The position numbers and the translations under genes were made by a program. Positions 40,448 to 49,279 of a stretch of 64,000 bases of DNA are shown piece by piece (position 1 is the first letter of the stretch; every line of letters starts with the position of its first letter). The notes under the pieces were generated by a model. It saw only the letters and a program-made list of their open reading frames with translations. It did no database searches and had not been told where the DNA came from. The DNA comes from a virus (Duplodnaviria; Caudoviricetes). The DNA is taken from the IMG/VR virus record IMGVR_UViG_3300024259_000011; one strand, 5' to 3'.

Positions 40448-41380
40448 TCAGTTAGTGTTGTTGTAACGACTGTTGATGTATTTTCCTCCTGCTACGCTAA
40501 AGTACGTTTGCTTGAACATTACTAAGTTTGCTCTTTGTGTCATTAGGGAACGTTTTGTGTCTGCCAAACAATCAATAACGTTTTGAATACCCGAAGTCAT
40601 CGCCGGTGGTGATGGGGAAGTTGGGGCTCCGAAAAATGGAGAATGATGGAAATGAGTAGCGAGTGCTGTATTATACTTCATTTGATACATCAAGAAGTTA
40701 TCCATAATGCCGATTAGCTTATCTACATGATCCGTAAGTCTAACTAGTGCTTCCTCAAGGTTGTTGCCCAAAGGAATTGGCTGGAGTTTTTCATCATCGT
40801 TTCCGGCAATCAGGTCGATTCCGTTGATTGCATCAACAGCACCGCCTTGCGAGTTTTTCATGTCCGTCTTGGTTACAAGCTTAATACCTTCGCGTGCCAT
40901 GATTCTGATCCCATCTGCCTTCATACCAATCGCAGACTTTGCCGATGAGTTTCCGACATTGCCATCTGCTAACCCAAAGTTGGCATCGATGTCAGTCTTC
41001 TGGCTCATATAAATTCTAGCGGCGTCAAGCTTAAAGTTTGGATCGGCGCTCATAGCTTCGCCTTGCGCTGTAACTGTAGCGGCGTGGTTCGCCATGCGTC
41101 CAGCTACCATGTCAATAGAAGCGCAGTGAGTGTCACCAGACCCGCCATAACCACTCAAACGAGAGCCCGGGCGGTCGCGACCGAGTACAATGTTAGCGTT
41201 TGTTGTGCTAGCTATCACATTTTCAGTATCAGTTGCGATAAATCTGGGGTTAGGCTCAGCCACCTTGCTGCCGCCGATTCCTCGTCCAGCGCCTCGATTT
41301 GTGGCACCCGGGTCGGAAGCCAGATTTTTCTTAACTGTGGGGTGTAGACCTGATGTGTCTACTGCTTTTTTCTTCGCCAT
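40448..41380 (-). CDS. Baseplate central spike, C-terminal/tip portion (gp5/gp138/gpV-like)
   Basis: Beta-rich body ('ARIYMSQKTDID...KADGIRIMAREGIKL') and a terminal 'THFHH...GAPTSPSPP' like the HxH metal-binding apex of spikes. Directly downstream of the hydrolase gene. Confidence 0.6.
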   Translation of the reverse strand: MAKKKAVDTSGLHPTVKKNLASDPGATNRGAGRGIGGSKVAEPNPRFIATDTENVIASTTNANIVLGRDRPGSRLSGYGGSGDTHCASIDMVAGRMANHAATVTAQGEAMSADPNFKLDAARIYMSQKTDIDANFGLADGNVGNSSAKSAIGMKADGIRIMAREGIKLVTKTDMKNSQGGAVDAINGIDLIAGNDDEKLQPIPLGNNLEEALVRLTDHVDKLIGIMDNFLMYQMKYNTALATHFHHSPFFGAPTSPSPPAMTSGIQNVIDCLADTKRSLMTQRANLVMFKQTYFSVAGGKYINSRYNNTN

Positions 41381-41396
41381 TTGTTATCCTATTGTG

Positions 41397-44300
41397 TTAA
41401 CAACTCTGTGCATTCTGGTTGCCGGGGGCGCACTTGTTGCCAGTACATTCTAGTCCCAGAGCTTCTTGCGGATTGACTTTCACACCATTAACCTTGAACT
41501 CAAAGTGGAGGTGGGCTCCGTACGAGCCGCCAGTATTATCCGCTTGTCCGATTACTTGTCCCTTTGTTACCGTGGCACCCACGGATACTGCGGAAGACAG
41601 CAGATGCATGTATATTGATTCTCTACCGCCGCCATGATCAATCTTAACCATGTTGCCGGCGCCGCCATTACAACTGCCGCCATTGGATGTGTCATTGCAG
41701 TTGTTAGTCGCCAAAGTAACTGTGCCCGGGGCACCAGCAAGAAGTGGTCCGCCATGAGTCGAGGGATTGGATGAAACTACATCAATGCCGTTGTGATTTT
41801 GCATTGCCCCAGTGTCCCAGCAACGGGCGCGCATTCCATAATCAGAAGTAATCGACGGAGTACCAGCGATTGGCCATGAGCCGTTCTGGGCTATGTCTCC
41901 CAACGCTGCAACTTGAGCCGCTGTCATTGGAGTGCCGCCGCCGCCGGCTGCGCCTGCAGCACCGGGTACACCAGCAGCGCCACCGCATTGTTCTGGAGCG
42001 CCGGCTGCAGCAGCAGCGCCGCCACCGGAACCGGCTACGGTTCCTCCTGCACCAGCAGCGTTAGAGCCTTGAGAAGCCCACTCTTGTGCTGGCGGCATGG
42101 GAACGCCACCACTTGTCATGTAGCCTTTAATAAGGGTCATAAGCCGATCCCAGTCAAAGGTTGGTTGACCGTTGATGTTGGGGCTATAAGAGTTAATCTG
42201 GCGTTTTCCATTTGGTGCCATCTTACCACCATCGGGACCGCCTTCAACCGGATAAGAAATGCCATCTGGAAATGGTACGGAGAGGTGTGTGCCCGGGTCG
42301 GAGCGATCTGCTTTTGTCTCGTCATGACCAAAGATGTGAGTTCGATCAACTGGGATCTGGTTTCTGTGACAAACGTTTGCGATTAAGAATGCTAAGTTTT
42401 CATATACTGCATCATTATAAATAGATCCCGGGCTGTTTGACTCTTGTTCCGGAATGCCGCTGATCTCGACTTGAACTGCGCCGGTGTTGTTGCCGCCGGG
42501 AACGGATTTATCTTTGTCCATGGAGACACCCCAAGCATCTCTGCGATATTCTCCGGCGCTCAAGCCTCCGGCGCCGTTTGCAACAGCACTCTCTTTTACG
42601 AATTGGAACACCCAACCGCCCTGATTAATGCCGTAGTGAGTGCTGCCCAATCCGGAGCCGTCGTCAAAGTCAGAGCCGCCGGCGGTCTGGTTATTGCCGG
42701 CTGTTGTATGAACAATAAAATGAGTGATATCTGCTGGGGTTCTGTTCCGTTCGCTCCACCTGTTGGCGTGTGCCGGATACCAGCCGCCTTGATCGTTTGG
42801 GTTGCGACCGCCATCAAAGTTAATGTAACTGAATGGCGGATAAGCGTCTAGGGAAGCGGCGCCGCCTTGTGCTACTCCGCCGCCCTCGGCGGGTGTAGTG
42901 CCGTCAGCAGGCGGGGGATCTTCAGCGCTGGCTGCGCCAGAAGTATCAGTCTCTTCCACTGGGTCAGAACCGAAGTAGGCATCTGGGTCTGGGATGTCGG
43001 CTGAGCCGTCTGAGTATTCGTCTGTTGCCGCGTCAACATCTGACGCTCCGCTGCCGCCGCTGTCGTATCCTAGTTCCGTAGCGGCTGCTTGAGCTACATG
43101 TGACGCGGCTTTGCCTGCATCTGCGATATCTCCCATTCCTGAAAAAGCGCTCACCATGCTAGGTGCGGTTTGAACAGCCATCATATATGCTTCCAAGGAG
43201 ATTGTCTGCATAGCAGGGTTTCTCTCGGCAACACGGTTCCATGATTCAATGCGTTCAATAGCTTCTTGAATCTGTTTACCGAATGTTTCATAGCTTAAGT
43301 TGTTCAAAGCGCCACCTTCAGCAGCTTGTTCATAAGCAAGAGGGCTGAATCGATTAAAGTTTTTAATGATATCCCAGCGGGTACTCTTCCAACAAGGAGT
43401 ATGCTCTTCTGCGTTCAGCCAGTCCCACCATGTCATAGAATATCGAACTTGAGACTTGATCGGCGGGACCATCGGTTCTTCTCTTGGGAACGCTCGGCTG
43501 GTTACATCTTTCACTTCGTCTATAACCTCGGCTGCAACACCGAAACCATCAGCTATATCTTCCATGAGTTCATCACCAGTAAGATCTGCTACAAGATCTG
43601 CAGCCTTACCTCCCAGATCGACAGCTTCTTCTAAGGAGAGTCCGTTACAAGGCGCATCAATCAAAGTTGGATCCCAGCCCTCACATTCGCAACGTGGATC
43701 TGGATCTCCCTCTTCGCAGAACCATTTTAGCCCAAAATAACCAGAACTCCAATCTTCAACACGCTCGGTGGTGGACTCGAACCCGGGCTCAGGCAGATAA
43801 GATGGCGAGTCAGCTTCTGTAGATAGCTCTCCGATATAAGGCGCTGTGCCCTTTGGAGCAAGGAACTCAAGCTCCTCCCTCACACGACCGGGCGGTTTCT
43901 CCGAAGACACTCTATAGTCTTCAAAGCCACTGCCCATCAATCCGAAAGCCGGAATAATATTCTTGAATCCCATTTTGACATAATCTTCTATTGCTGTAAC
44001 AAAATCCGTAGCCTTCAATGCGTTCTGACCGCGCACAGACCGAAGGAACACCTCGCCTGTGGAATCATTAACATAGACATCAGACTTTCCATTGGTGGAA
44101 AGTATTTGGCATATTGACCAATCAACCTTAGAAAAGCATGCATAAGGGAATGAATCTTTATATCGAATGGCGACTGGAGTTTCTTCGCCGTCTAGCTCTG
44201 CGATAGTGTATGTCGCGCTAGGAAGCCATGGGTTTGTGAACCCTACCTGTAGGTGGTATTCCCTACCCGCCTTCATCATCGCTGACGTAAGATATTCTGC

Positions 44301-45431
44301 TTGGCGCGAGTACTTGTCTTTGTCACCCGGAGAGAGGTATCCCCATGTCGGCTCCATGACGATGCCTTTTGCTCCAGAGAGCGTAGCATAATCTACTACG
44401 GTGTCAATAAACTTAGCTGCCTTGCCGGGATAAGGCTTGCCGGATACATAAACTCGGACACCGCCCAGTTGAAACATGCGTGCATATGCCATAAATACAT
44501 TCTTTTGGGCGTATCTGTCTCTCGCATCGCCCTCATATTGTTCAACACATTCCATCACAACGTACCCAAGGTTTGCCCAGAGCGCTCGCTTAAGCGCAGC
44601 CATAGGCTGGGGCATTTTGGGATCTAGAAGCGAAGCCCTGCTAATAAATACTCCCTTGTGATTGTACGGCGAAGCAATTGTATTCAAACTGCCATCTGGG
44701 TTGCGACCCGGGGCGACTTGAGAAAGCGTAGTGATTGAGGTCATGATCTCTAGCATGCAGTCCCAATCGCAATCCTCTGGGAACATGAACGGGTTAACGT
44801 CTTCGTTTGAGACCTCTTCACCACCAACAGCGTCACCCTCTCCACCTTTCGCGTCGAGGGCTGCAGAGCCGCCGGCGTCTGAGGGTGGGCATGAGCCGCC
44901 CTTCTTAAGACCGCCATCAGCTTCGCGAGTCACAACGTTGGCAAGAATCTCTCCGGCGCTATGTGGGTCGCCGTTAGCAATGCTAACTATTACAGCATCA
45001 CCACATTCGGGCTTCTCAATATTTTGTGAAGAAGCATAGTATGTTGGATGCATGTTGATCCAGAACTGGTGCTTGCCCTTAGCTCCGTCGCATCCATATT
45101 TTTCAGGTGCGGGGATCCCTGCGTGAAGAGTCGGGATACGCGCCTTGATTTTAATTGTTTCTGGTATATCGGTCTCTAAGATCTCTTTATACCAAGCTTT
45201 CATCCAACTAGTGCCCGGAACTTTATTAGATTCCGTGTCCACACGAAGGACAATAGCCTTCTGTGGTCCAGAAGGCTTGTTCTTGGGGGTCGCAGTGTCA
45301 ATTGCGTTCTGCCTAAGCTGAGACATCAGGCTGGTGCGCTGATTGCTGCTTATTGCACGATTTGTTGTGTTCTTCTTACCCGAGTTTAGTTTGCCCCAAA
45401 CTAGGTCTTTGAACGGTCCTTTCTTCCCCAT
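41397..45431 (-). CDS. Virion-associated multi-domain peptidoglycan hydrolase: gp5-like OB N-terminus, GH-like TIM barrel, Amidase_2, peptidase M23
   Basis: Amidase_2 'HFIVHTT...STHYGI...GHDE...SDPG' at about 42285-42735. M23 'HNGID...YMHL...HLHFE' at about 41455-41855. TIM-barrel-like segment at about 43940-44660. OB-like 'KIKARIP...PECGDAVIV'. Confidence 0.85.
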   Translation of the reverse strand: MGKKGPFKDLVWGKLNSGKKNTTNRAISSNQRTSLMSQLRQNAIDTATPKNKPSGPQKAIVLRVDTESNKVPGTSWMKAWYKEILETDIPETIKIKARIPTLHAGIPAPEKYGCDGAKGKHQFWINMHPTYYASSQNIEKPECGDAVIVSIANGDPHSAGEILANVVTREADGGLKKGGSCPPSDAGGSAALDAKGGEGDAVGGEEVSNEDVNPFMFPEDCDWDCMLEIMTSITTLSQVAPGRNPDGSLNTIASPYNHKGVFISRASLLDPKMPQPMAALKRALWANLGYVVMECVEQYEGDARDRYAQKNVFMAYARMFQLGGVRVYVSGKPYPGKAAKFIDTVVDYATLSGAKGIVMEPTWGYLSPGDKDKYSRQAEYLTSAMMKAGREYHLQVGFTNPWLPSATYTIAELDGEETPVAIRYKDSFPYACFSKVDWSICQILSTNGKSDVYVNDSTGEVFLRSVRGQNALKATDFVTAIEDYVKMGFKNIIPAFGLMGSGFEDYRVSSEKPPGRVREELEFLAPKGTAPYIGELSTEADSPSYLPEPGFESTTERVEDWSSGYFGLKWFCEEGDPDPRCECEGWDPTLIDAPCNGLSLEEAVDLGGKAADLVADLTGDELMEDIADGFGVAAEVIDEVKDVTSRAFPREEPMVPPIKSQVRYSMTWWDWLNAEEHTPCWKSTRWDIIKNFNRFSPLAYEQAAEGGALNNLSYETFGKQIQEAIERIESWNRVAERNPAMQTISLEAYMMAVQTAPSMVSAFSGMGDIADAGKAASHVAQAAATELGYDSGGSGASDVDAATDEYSDGSADIPDPDAYFGSDPVEETDTSGAASAEDPPPADGTTPAEGGGVAQGGAASLDAYPPFSYINFDGGRNPNDQGGWYPAHANRWSERNRTPADITHFIVHTTAGNNQTAGGSDFDDGSGLGSTHYGINQGGWVFQFVKESAVANGAGGLSAGEYRRDAWGVSMDKDKSVPGGNNTGAVQVEISGIPEQESNSPGSIYNDAVYENLAFLIANVCHRNQIPVDRTHIFGHDETKADRSDPGTHLSVPFPDGISYPVEGGPDGGKMAPNGKRQINSYSPNINGQPTFDWDRLMTLIKGYMTSGGVPMPPAQEWASQGSNAAGAGGTVAGSGGGAAAAAGAPEQCGGAAGVPGAAGAAGGGGTPMTAAQVAALGDIAQNGSWPIAGTPSITSDYGMRARCWDTGAMQNHNGIDVVSSNPSTHGGPLLAGAPGTVTLATNNCNDTSNGGSCNGGAGNMVKIDHGGGRESIYMHLLSSAVSVGATVTKGQVIGQADNTGGSYGAHLHFEFKVNGVKVNPQEALGLECTGNKCAPGNQNAQSC

Positions 45432-45435
45432 GCCA

Positions 45436-45732
45436 TTATGATTCCTTTATCAGATCGTATATCTTGTCTTTATCCATGTCGGTCAAGGAAGCGGTAGTGG
45501 AATCCCCTTGACGCTTAAGTAAAAGTCCCGATATTTTAACCAGTTGCTCATTAGAGCGTTGGAGGGTTTCGACATATTTTGCGGCTGTAAGCCCAACGTC
45601 GCGGTGAGTAGACTCACCCTTCGCAAGAAACTGAATAATATCGTCTAAAAGCTCTTTTGTAACATCACGATCTTCACGGATATTGTCAATAGCTTCTTCT
45701 AGATAATCATCGATGTTCTGCTTCTTGCTCAT
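45436..45732 (-). CDS. Small helical hypothetical protein
   Basis: 98 aa with an ATGA overlap to the sigma-like gene. Predicted two-helix coiled coil ('AAKYVETLQRSNEQLVK'). Confidence 0.6.
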   Translation of the reverse strand: MSKKQNIDDYLEEAIDNIREDRDVTKELLDDIIQFLAKGESTHRDVGLTAAKYVETLQRSNEQLVKISGLLLKRQGDSTTASLTDMDKDKIYDLIKES

Positions 45733-46415
45733 AATTTCCCCTCATCCCAGTCTTTCTTAAAAGTTCTGTATTTCGCCCTCATTTTGTTGAGGTTGTTTAC
45801 AATCTGTTTTGTGTTTAGACCGGTAATCTCTCTAATGTATAAATAAATAGCTTTCTTATTGAAAATTTCAATCGAATCTGGGTTGTCTAAGAGGATCTTT
45901 ATCGCTTCTAATACTTTTTTCTCATTTGGTTTGAGGTTTCCGGTGTCCCATGACTCCATTTCCTTCCATAAGTTTTCCCAAAACTCCCTTTCAGTACGCT
46001 TAGCATAATAGCCGTGAGTGACGACTAACTTCTCATCTAAGATCGGTCTGACCATCACATCCGTAATCGAGATTTCAACTCGGCGTGCTTTTGAGTTCTT
46101 TTTAACCTTTGCGATAAACCAGTTCTTTGTGATCACCGAAAAATACGAAAAAGCTTTAGAGCCCTTGGACGGGTCGAACTTCTGTAAGATCGTGGTAAGC
46201 CAAATCTTACATTCATCCCTTAGGGAATCAATATTCGGCAGTGTGGTAAATCTGTATGTGAAAACTATCTTGTCAACCATCTCGCTAAAGACTGGACCAA
46301 TATAGTTGTTGTATAAATATTCTCTTTCATCCAAGTCTGTAGTATTATTGAAATCAATAATTGCCTGTTCATGGACTTTAGTAAAATATGCTGTTTTTCT
46401 ACGGCGCTTCGCCAT
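45729..46415 (-). CDS. Phage sigma factor (sigma70 region 2, T4 gp55-like late sigma)
   Basis: 'KFDPSKGSKAFSYFSVITKNWFI' resembles gp55 region 2. C-terminal HTH-like 'YIREITGLNTKQIVNNLNKM'. ATG at 46415 has an AAGGAG RBS. Confidence 0.7.
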   Translation of the reverse strand: MAKRRRKTAYFTKVHEQAIIDFNNTTDLDEREYLYNNYIGPVFSEMVDKIVFTYRFTTLPNIDSLRDECKIWLTTILQKFDPSKGSKAFSYFSVITKNWFIAKVKKNSKARRVEISITDVMVRPILDEKLVVTHGYYAKRTEREFWENLWKEMESWDTGNLKPNEKKVLEAIKILLDNPDSIEIFNKKAIYLYIREITGLNTKQIVNNLNKMRAKYRTFKKDWDEGKL

Positions 46416-46743
46416 CTTCAACTTCTCCTTCTTCCTGTTCTGCAGCGCCTAGATTTTCATATCCATCCGCTATTGTGTAAATCTCATCAAATTCTTGAAG
46501 CATAGTCACAACTAGCGTAGAGTGCTCTAACAGGGCTTGGAGGGTTTGGTCACCATAGAATGTTTCCATACCATGTACTGCGTCTAAGTGTTCTGTAAAC
46601 TTCCTCATAACTTCGTTCACCTCACCTAAGTTGCTTGAAACAAAAAGCAGCTTGGTTAATAAATTCCGAATGAACCAAAGCGCTACAACATTTAGTGTCG
46701 CAGAGACGACCAACAACGTTATTATTATTTGTAATGTGGTCAT
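46399..46743 (-). CDS. Single-pass membrane protein with coiled coil
   Basis: Hydrophobic N-terminal helix (LQIIITLLVVSATLNVVALWFI) followed by a heptad-like segment and an acidic tail. Confidence 0.6.
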   Translation of the reverse strand: MTTLQIIITLLVVSATLNVVALWFIRNLLTKLLFVSSNLGEVNEVMRKFTEHLDAVHGMETFYGDQTLQALLEHSTLVVTMLQEFDEIYTIADGYENLGAAEQEEGEVEDGEAP

Positions 46744-47015
46744 TTTTTCTCCTTATAATCTTTTCCACGCAAGTCGGCTTTTTCTTGTGCCAACTCTTCA
46801 CGCGCATCTTGGATGTGTTGTTCAACTAGCTCTCCGACTTTCTGACCGGTCGGAGCAGACATAGCTGTGCCTGCCTTTATAAACGTAATGGCAGGAACAC
46901 GGACCAATGTGGATTTTTCATCACACTGATCACAATCTGTTAGGCACTCTTTCATAGAGTGAACTGTTTCCAGTGTGAAATCGCATTTTTCACACCGGTA
47001 TGTATACCTCGGCAT
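46740..47015 (-). CDS. FmdB-family zinc-ribbon protein
   Basis: 'MPRYTYRCEKC...CDQC...LVRV' is the FmdB-family pattern. Confidence 0.85.
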   Translation of the reverse strand: MPRYTYRCEKCDFTLETVHSMKECLTDCDQCDEKSTLVRVPAITFIKAGTAMSAPTGQKVGELVEQHIQDAREELAQEKADLRGKDYKEKK

Positions 47016-47021
47016 ATGCGG

Positions 47022-47237
47022 CTAATCCTTGTCGGGACCGCTATCCGTATCTGGTGCCCGGGTGGTGGGCGGGTTTGAGACAACGAGCCTTGAGTCGTCG
47101 TCAAAAACAAAATTAAACCCCCTAAGCACCGGAACGATATCGCTCTGGTCCAGTAGTGAGTTTTGGAGCGCTAGCATAACGGCTCCGAGTGCTTGGTCAG
47201 ACAAATTAAGTGTCTTCATGGTTGTGGACATATTCAT
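47022..47237 (-). CDS. Small hypothetical protein
   Basis: 71 aa with an AAGGAGA RBS upstream. Fills the gap between FmdB and gmd. Confidence 0.6.
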   Translation of the reverse strand: MNMSTTMKTLNLSDQALGAVMLALQNSLLDQSDIVPVLRGFNFVFDDDSRLVVSNPPTTRAPDTDSGPDKD

Positions 47238-47244
47238 ATTCTCC

Positions 47245-48216
47245 TTATAGTTCCTTTACCCATCGGTCGATCATGTCATCCAGAAGTGTTTCAAATGTAT
47301 ATTCTGGTTTCCAGCCCAAGACATCTACAGCCTTAGAAGGATCCCCCTTAAGATACTTAAGTTCTTCAGGACGCATATACTTTGGATTCTGAATGACATA
47401 ATCTTCGTAGTTCATTTCCAACTTGGTGAAGACTCTTTCTACAAGATTTCTTACAGAATGTGTCTCCCCAGTTGCAACAATAAATTCGTCCGGCTCATGA
47501 TGGTTCATAATCATGTGCATCGCACGAACATAATCTTTTGAGTGTCCCCAGTCTCGATAGGAGTCTAGGTTACCCAATTCAAGTTTATCTCTCAGCCCCT
47601 TTTTGATTTGCACAGCAGTCTTCACAACCTTGTTTGTCACAAAGTTTGAGCCGCGTCGAGGGGATTCGTGATTAAACAGAATACCATTACATGCGTGAAG
47701 TCCGTATGCATGGCGATAATGTCTAACCAAGTTGTACCCCATGACCTTTGCGCAGCCATAAGGACTGACAGGGTTCATGGGGGTAGTGAGGCGCTGTACG
47801 CCATCGGCGTCAACAGAGTTGCCGAACATCTCTGAAGAGCTTGCCTGATAGAAGCCAGCATTAGGAACGAAAGAGCGATAGACTTCCAACATATTCAGCA
47901 CACCCAAAGCATTTGTTTGGATAGTAAACGATGGCATGTCATAACTGATTCGTACATGGCTCATAGCTCCAAGGTTATAAATCTCATCAGGGCGGGTTTC
48001 CGACACAATACGGACCAGAGAAGGGTAATCAGTTAGATCCCCGTAGTGCGTGTGAATCTGCCCCTGCAAGTGCTGAATGCGGCTGTCTTGATTCTCTGAA
48101 ACAGATGACCTTCGGATGATTCCGTGGACCTCGTAGTTCTTTTCTAACAGCAGTTCAGATAGGTAGCTTCCATCCTGTCCTGCGATTCCTGTGATTAATG
48201 CTTTCTTTTTGCTCAT
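47245..48216 (-). CDS. gmd: GDP-mannose 4,6-dehydratase
   Basis: 'ALITGIAGQDGSYLSELLL', 'YNLGAMSHV', 'YQASSSEMFG', 'SPYGCAK', 'LFNHESPRRG', 'RDWGH'. Confidence 0.97.
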   Translation of the reverse strand: MSKKKALITGIAGQDGSYLSELLLEKNYEVHGIIRRSSVSENQDSRIQHLQGQIHTHYGDLTDYPSLVRIVSETRPDEIYNLGAMSHVRISYDMPSFTIQTNALGVLNMLEVYRSFVPNAGFYQASSSEMFGNSVDADGVQRLTTPMNPVSPYGCAKVMGYNLVRHYRHAYGLHACNGILFNHESPRRGSNFVTNKVVKTAVQIKKGLRDKLELGNLDSYRDWGHSKDYVRAMHMIMNHHEPDEFIVATGETHSVRNLVERVFTKLEMNYEDYVIQNPKYMRPEELKYLKGDPSKAVDVLGWKPEYTFETLLDDMIDRWVKEL

Positions 48217-48860
48217 TTAAGTTCCTTGTAGTATCCACCAACAGTAAAAGAAGTGCCACGGGTAGCTGACTTCTTCGCCTTTGATGGGTCGTATTTGTTA
48301 AGTGGTAAAATTCTAAAATCAAATGATACGCGGGTCTGACCCGAATCATTAATCATGTTGCCGTGATTGAGCTTCCCCCCGTCCCAGACTGTAAACTCGC
48401 CCTGATTCATTTCTATTGGCGCAAAGTCACCAAGACCCGGCACAGATTCACTCCATGTTGCGTTCGTACCAAACATATCGGTCACAGCAATCTGGATGTT
48501 GATCTCTCCCTCTGGGTGATTATATCCGGGTTGTGAATCACAATGGAATTCGGGCACTGCCCAGTTGCCCACCAAATGTACACGGAACGTAGGGAGGGTT
48601 TGGTAAATAAAGTCTCTACTTCCGTAAATCGGTACAATGACTTCTTTGACAAAGAGATCATAAGTGTCATGGAAGTCTGACCAACCTGATCGGAGCTTGT
48701 CATAAAACCGGTCATGCAACACGGTATTGGAGTTGTTTTCCATAGTAAATGGTTCGTAGGTATAATGTTTATGTAGGTTCTCCAAATCCTCATGCCCCAA
48801 AGCCTCGCAAACCAATGCGCGGAGAGGGTAATTCTCTACATCATATGTCTTTTTTTTCAT
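48213..48860 (-). CDS. StrG-like 2OG/Fe(II) cupin-fold oxygenase
   Basis: 'YQTLPTFRVH...FHCD...HGN..N.SGQTRVSFDFR' provides an HxD...H facial triad plus an RxS motif. Confidence 0.7.
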   Translation of the reverse strand: MKKKTYDVENYPLRALVCEALGHEDLENLHKHYTYEPFTMENNSNTVLHDRFYDKLRSGWSDFHDTYDLFVKEVIVPIYGSRDFIYQTLPTFRVHLVGNWAVPEFHCDSQPGYNHPEGEINIQIAVTDMFGTNATWSESVPGLGDFAPIEMNQGEFTVWDGGKLNHGNMINDSGQTRVSFDFRILPLNKYDPSKAKKSATRGTSFTVGGYYKELK

Positions 48861-49279
48861 TGTTTCTCCTCGATATAAGTCTTGTCTTTTTCGACGCCAA
48901 AATAGGGACCGGTCTTGAACTCATATAAAATAGTGCCCTCTTCTAAAACCTCAAAGCTGTGACCACCACGGAACACAATTGCGGCATCGCCTTCGCCCAA
49001 CTCTGTCTCATAAATCAATTGATCGTCGATATCCCAGAACCTAGCAGCAACGCGACCCTTCAAAAACACCCAAGCCTCTTGGGTAATATCTGTCGTTCGG
49101 ATTATCTCGTTGTGGCGGTGAGGTGCAAAGGTGGTTCCCTTGGAAAGCTTCTTGGTTGCACACTGTAAGTATTGATCGTCTGGACTAAGATCGGCGCGGT
49201 TGACACCGATTTCGTCGCCCCGGTTAATAACCAGCAGCAGCGTGCCGGGGTCTGCTGCAGAATGGACATGAATCATCAT
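48857..49279 (-). CDS. Cupin (WbuC-like) protein
   Basis: 'FAPHRH...QEAW...GGHSFEVLE...EFKTGPY'. Sits between nucleotide-sugar enzymes. Confidence 0.75.
   Translation of the reverse strand: MMIHVHSAADPGTLLLVINRGDEIGVNRADLSPDDQYLQCATKKLSKGTTFAPHRHNEIIRTTDITQEAWVFLKGRVAARFWDIDDQLIYETELGEGDAAIVFRGGHSFEVLEEGTILYEFKTGPYFGVEKDKTYIEEKQ

Noticed and set aside
11537-45431. eCIS/T6SS/tailocin locus in a bacterial chromosome
   Set aside because: The gp55-like sigma factor, the size of the proteins, the virion-type hydrolase and the lack of bacterial housekeeping or T6SS membrane genes favour a phage. Capsid, terminase and sheath genes are outside this window, so this is not formally excluded.
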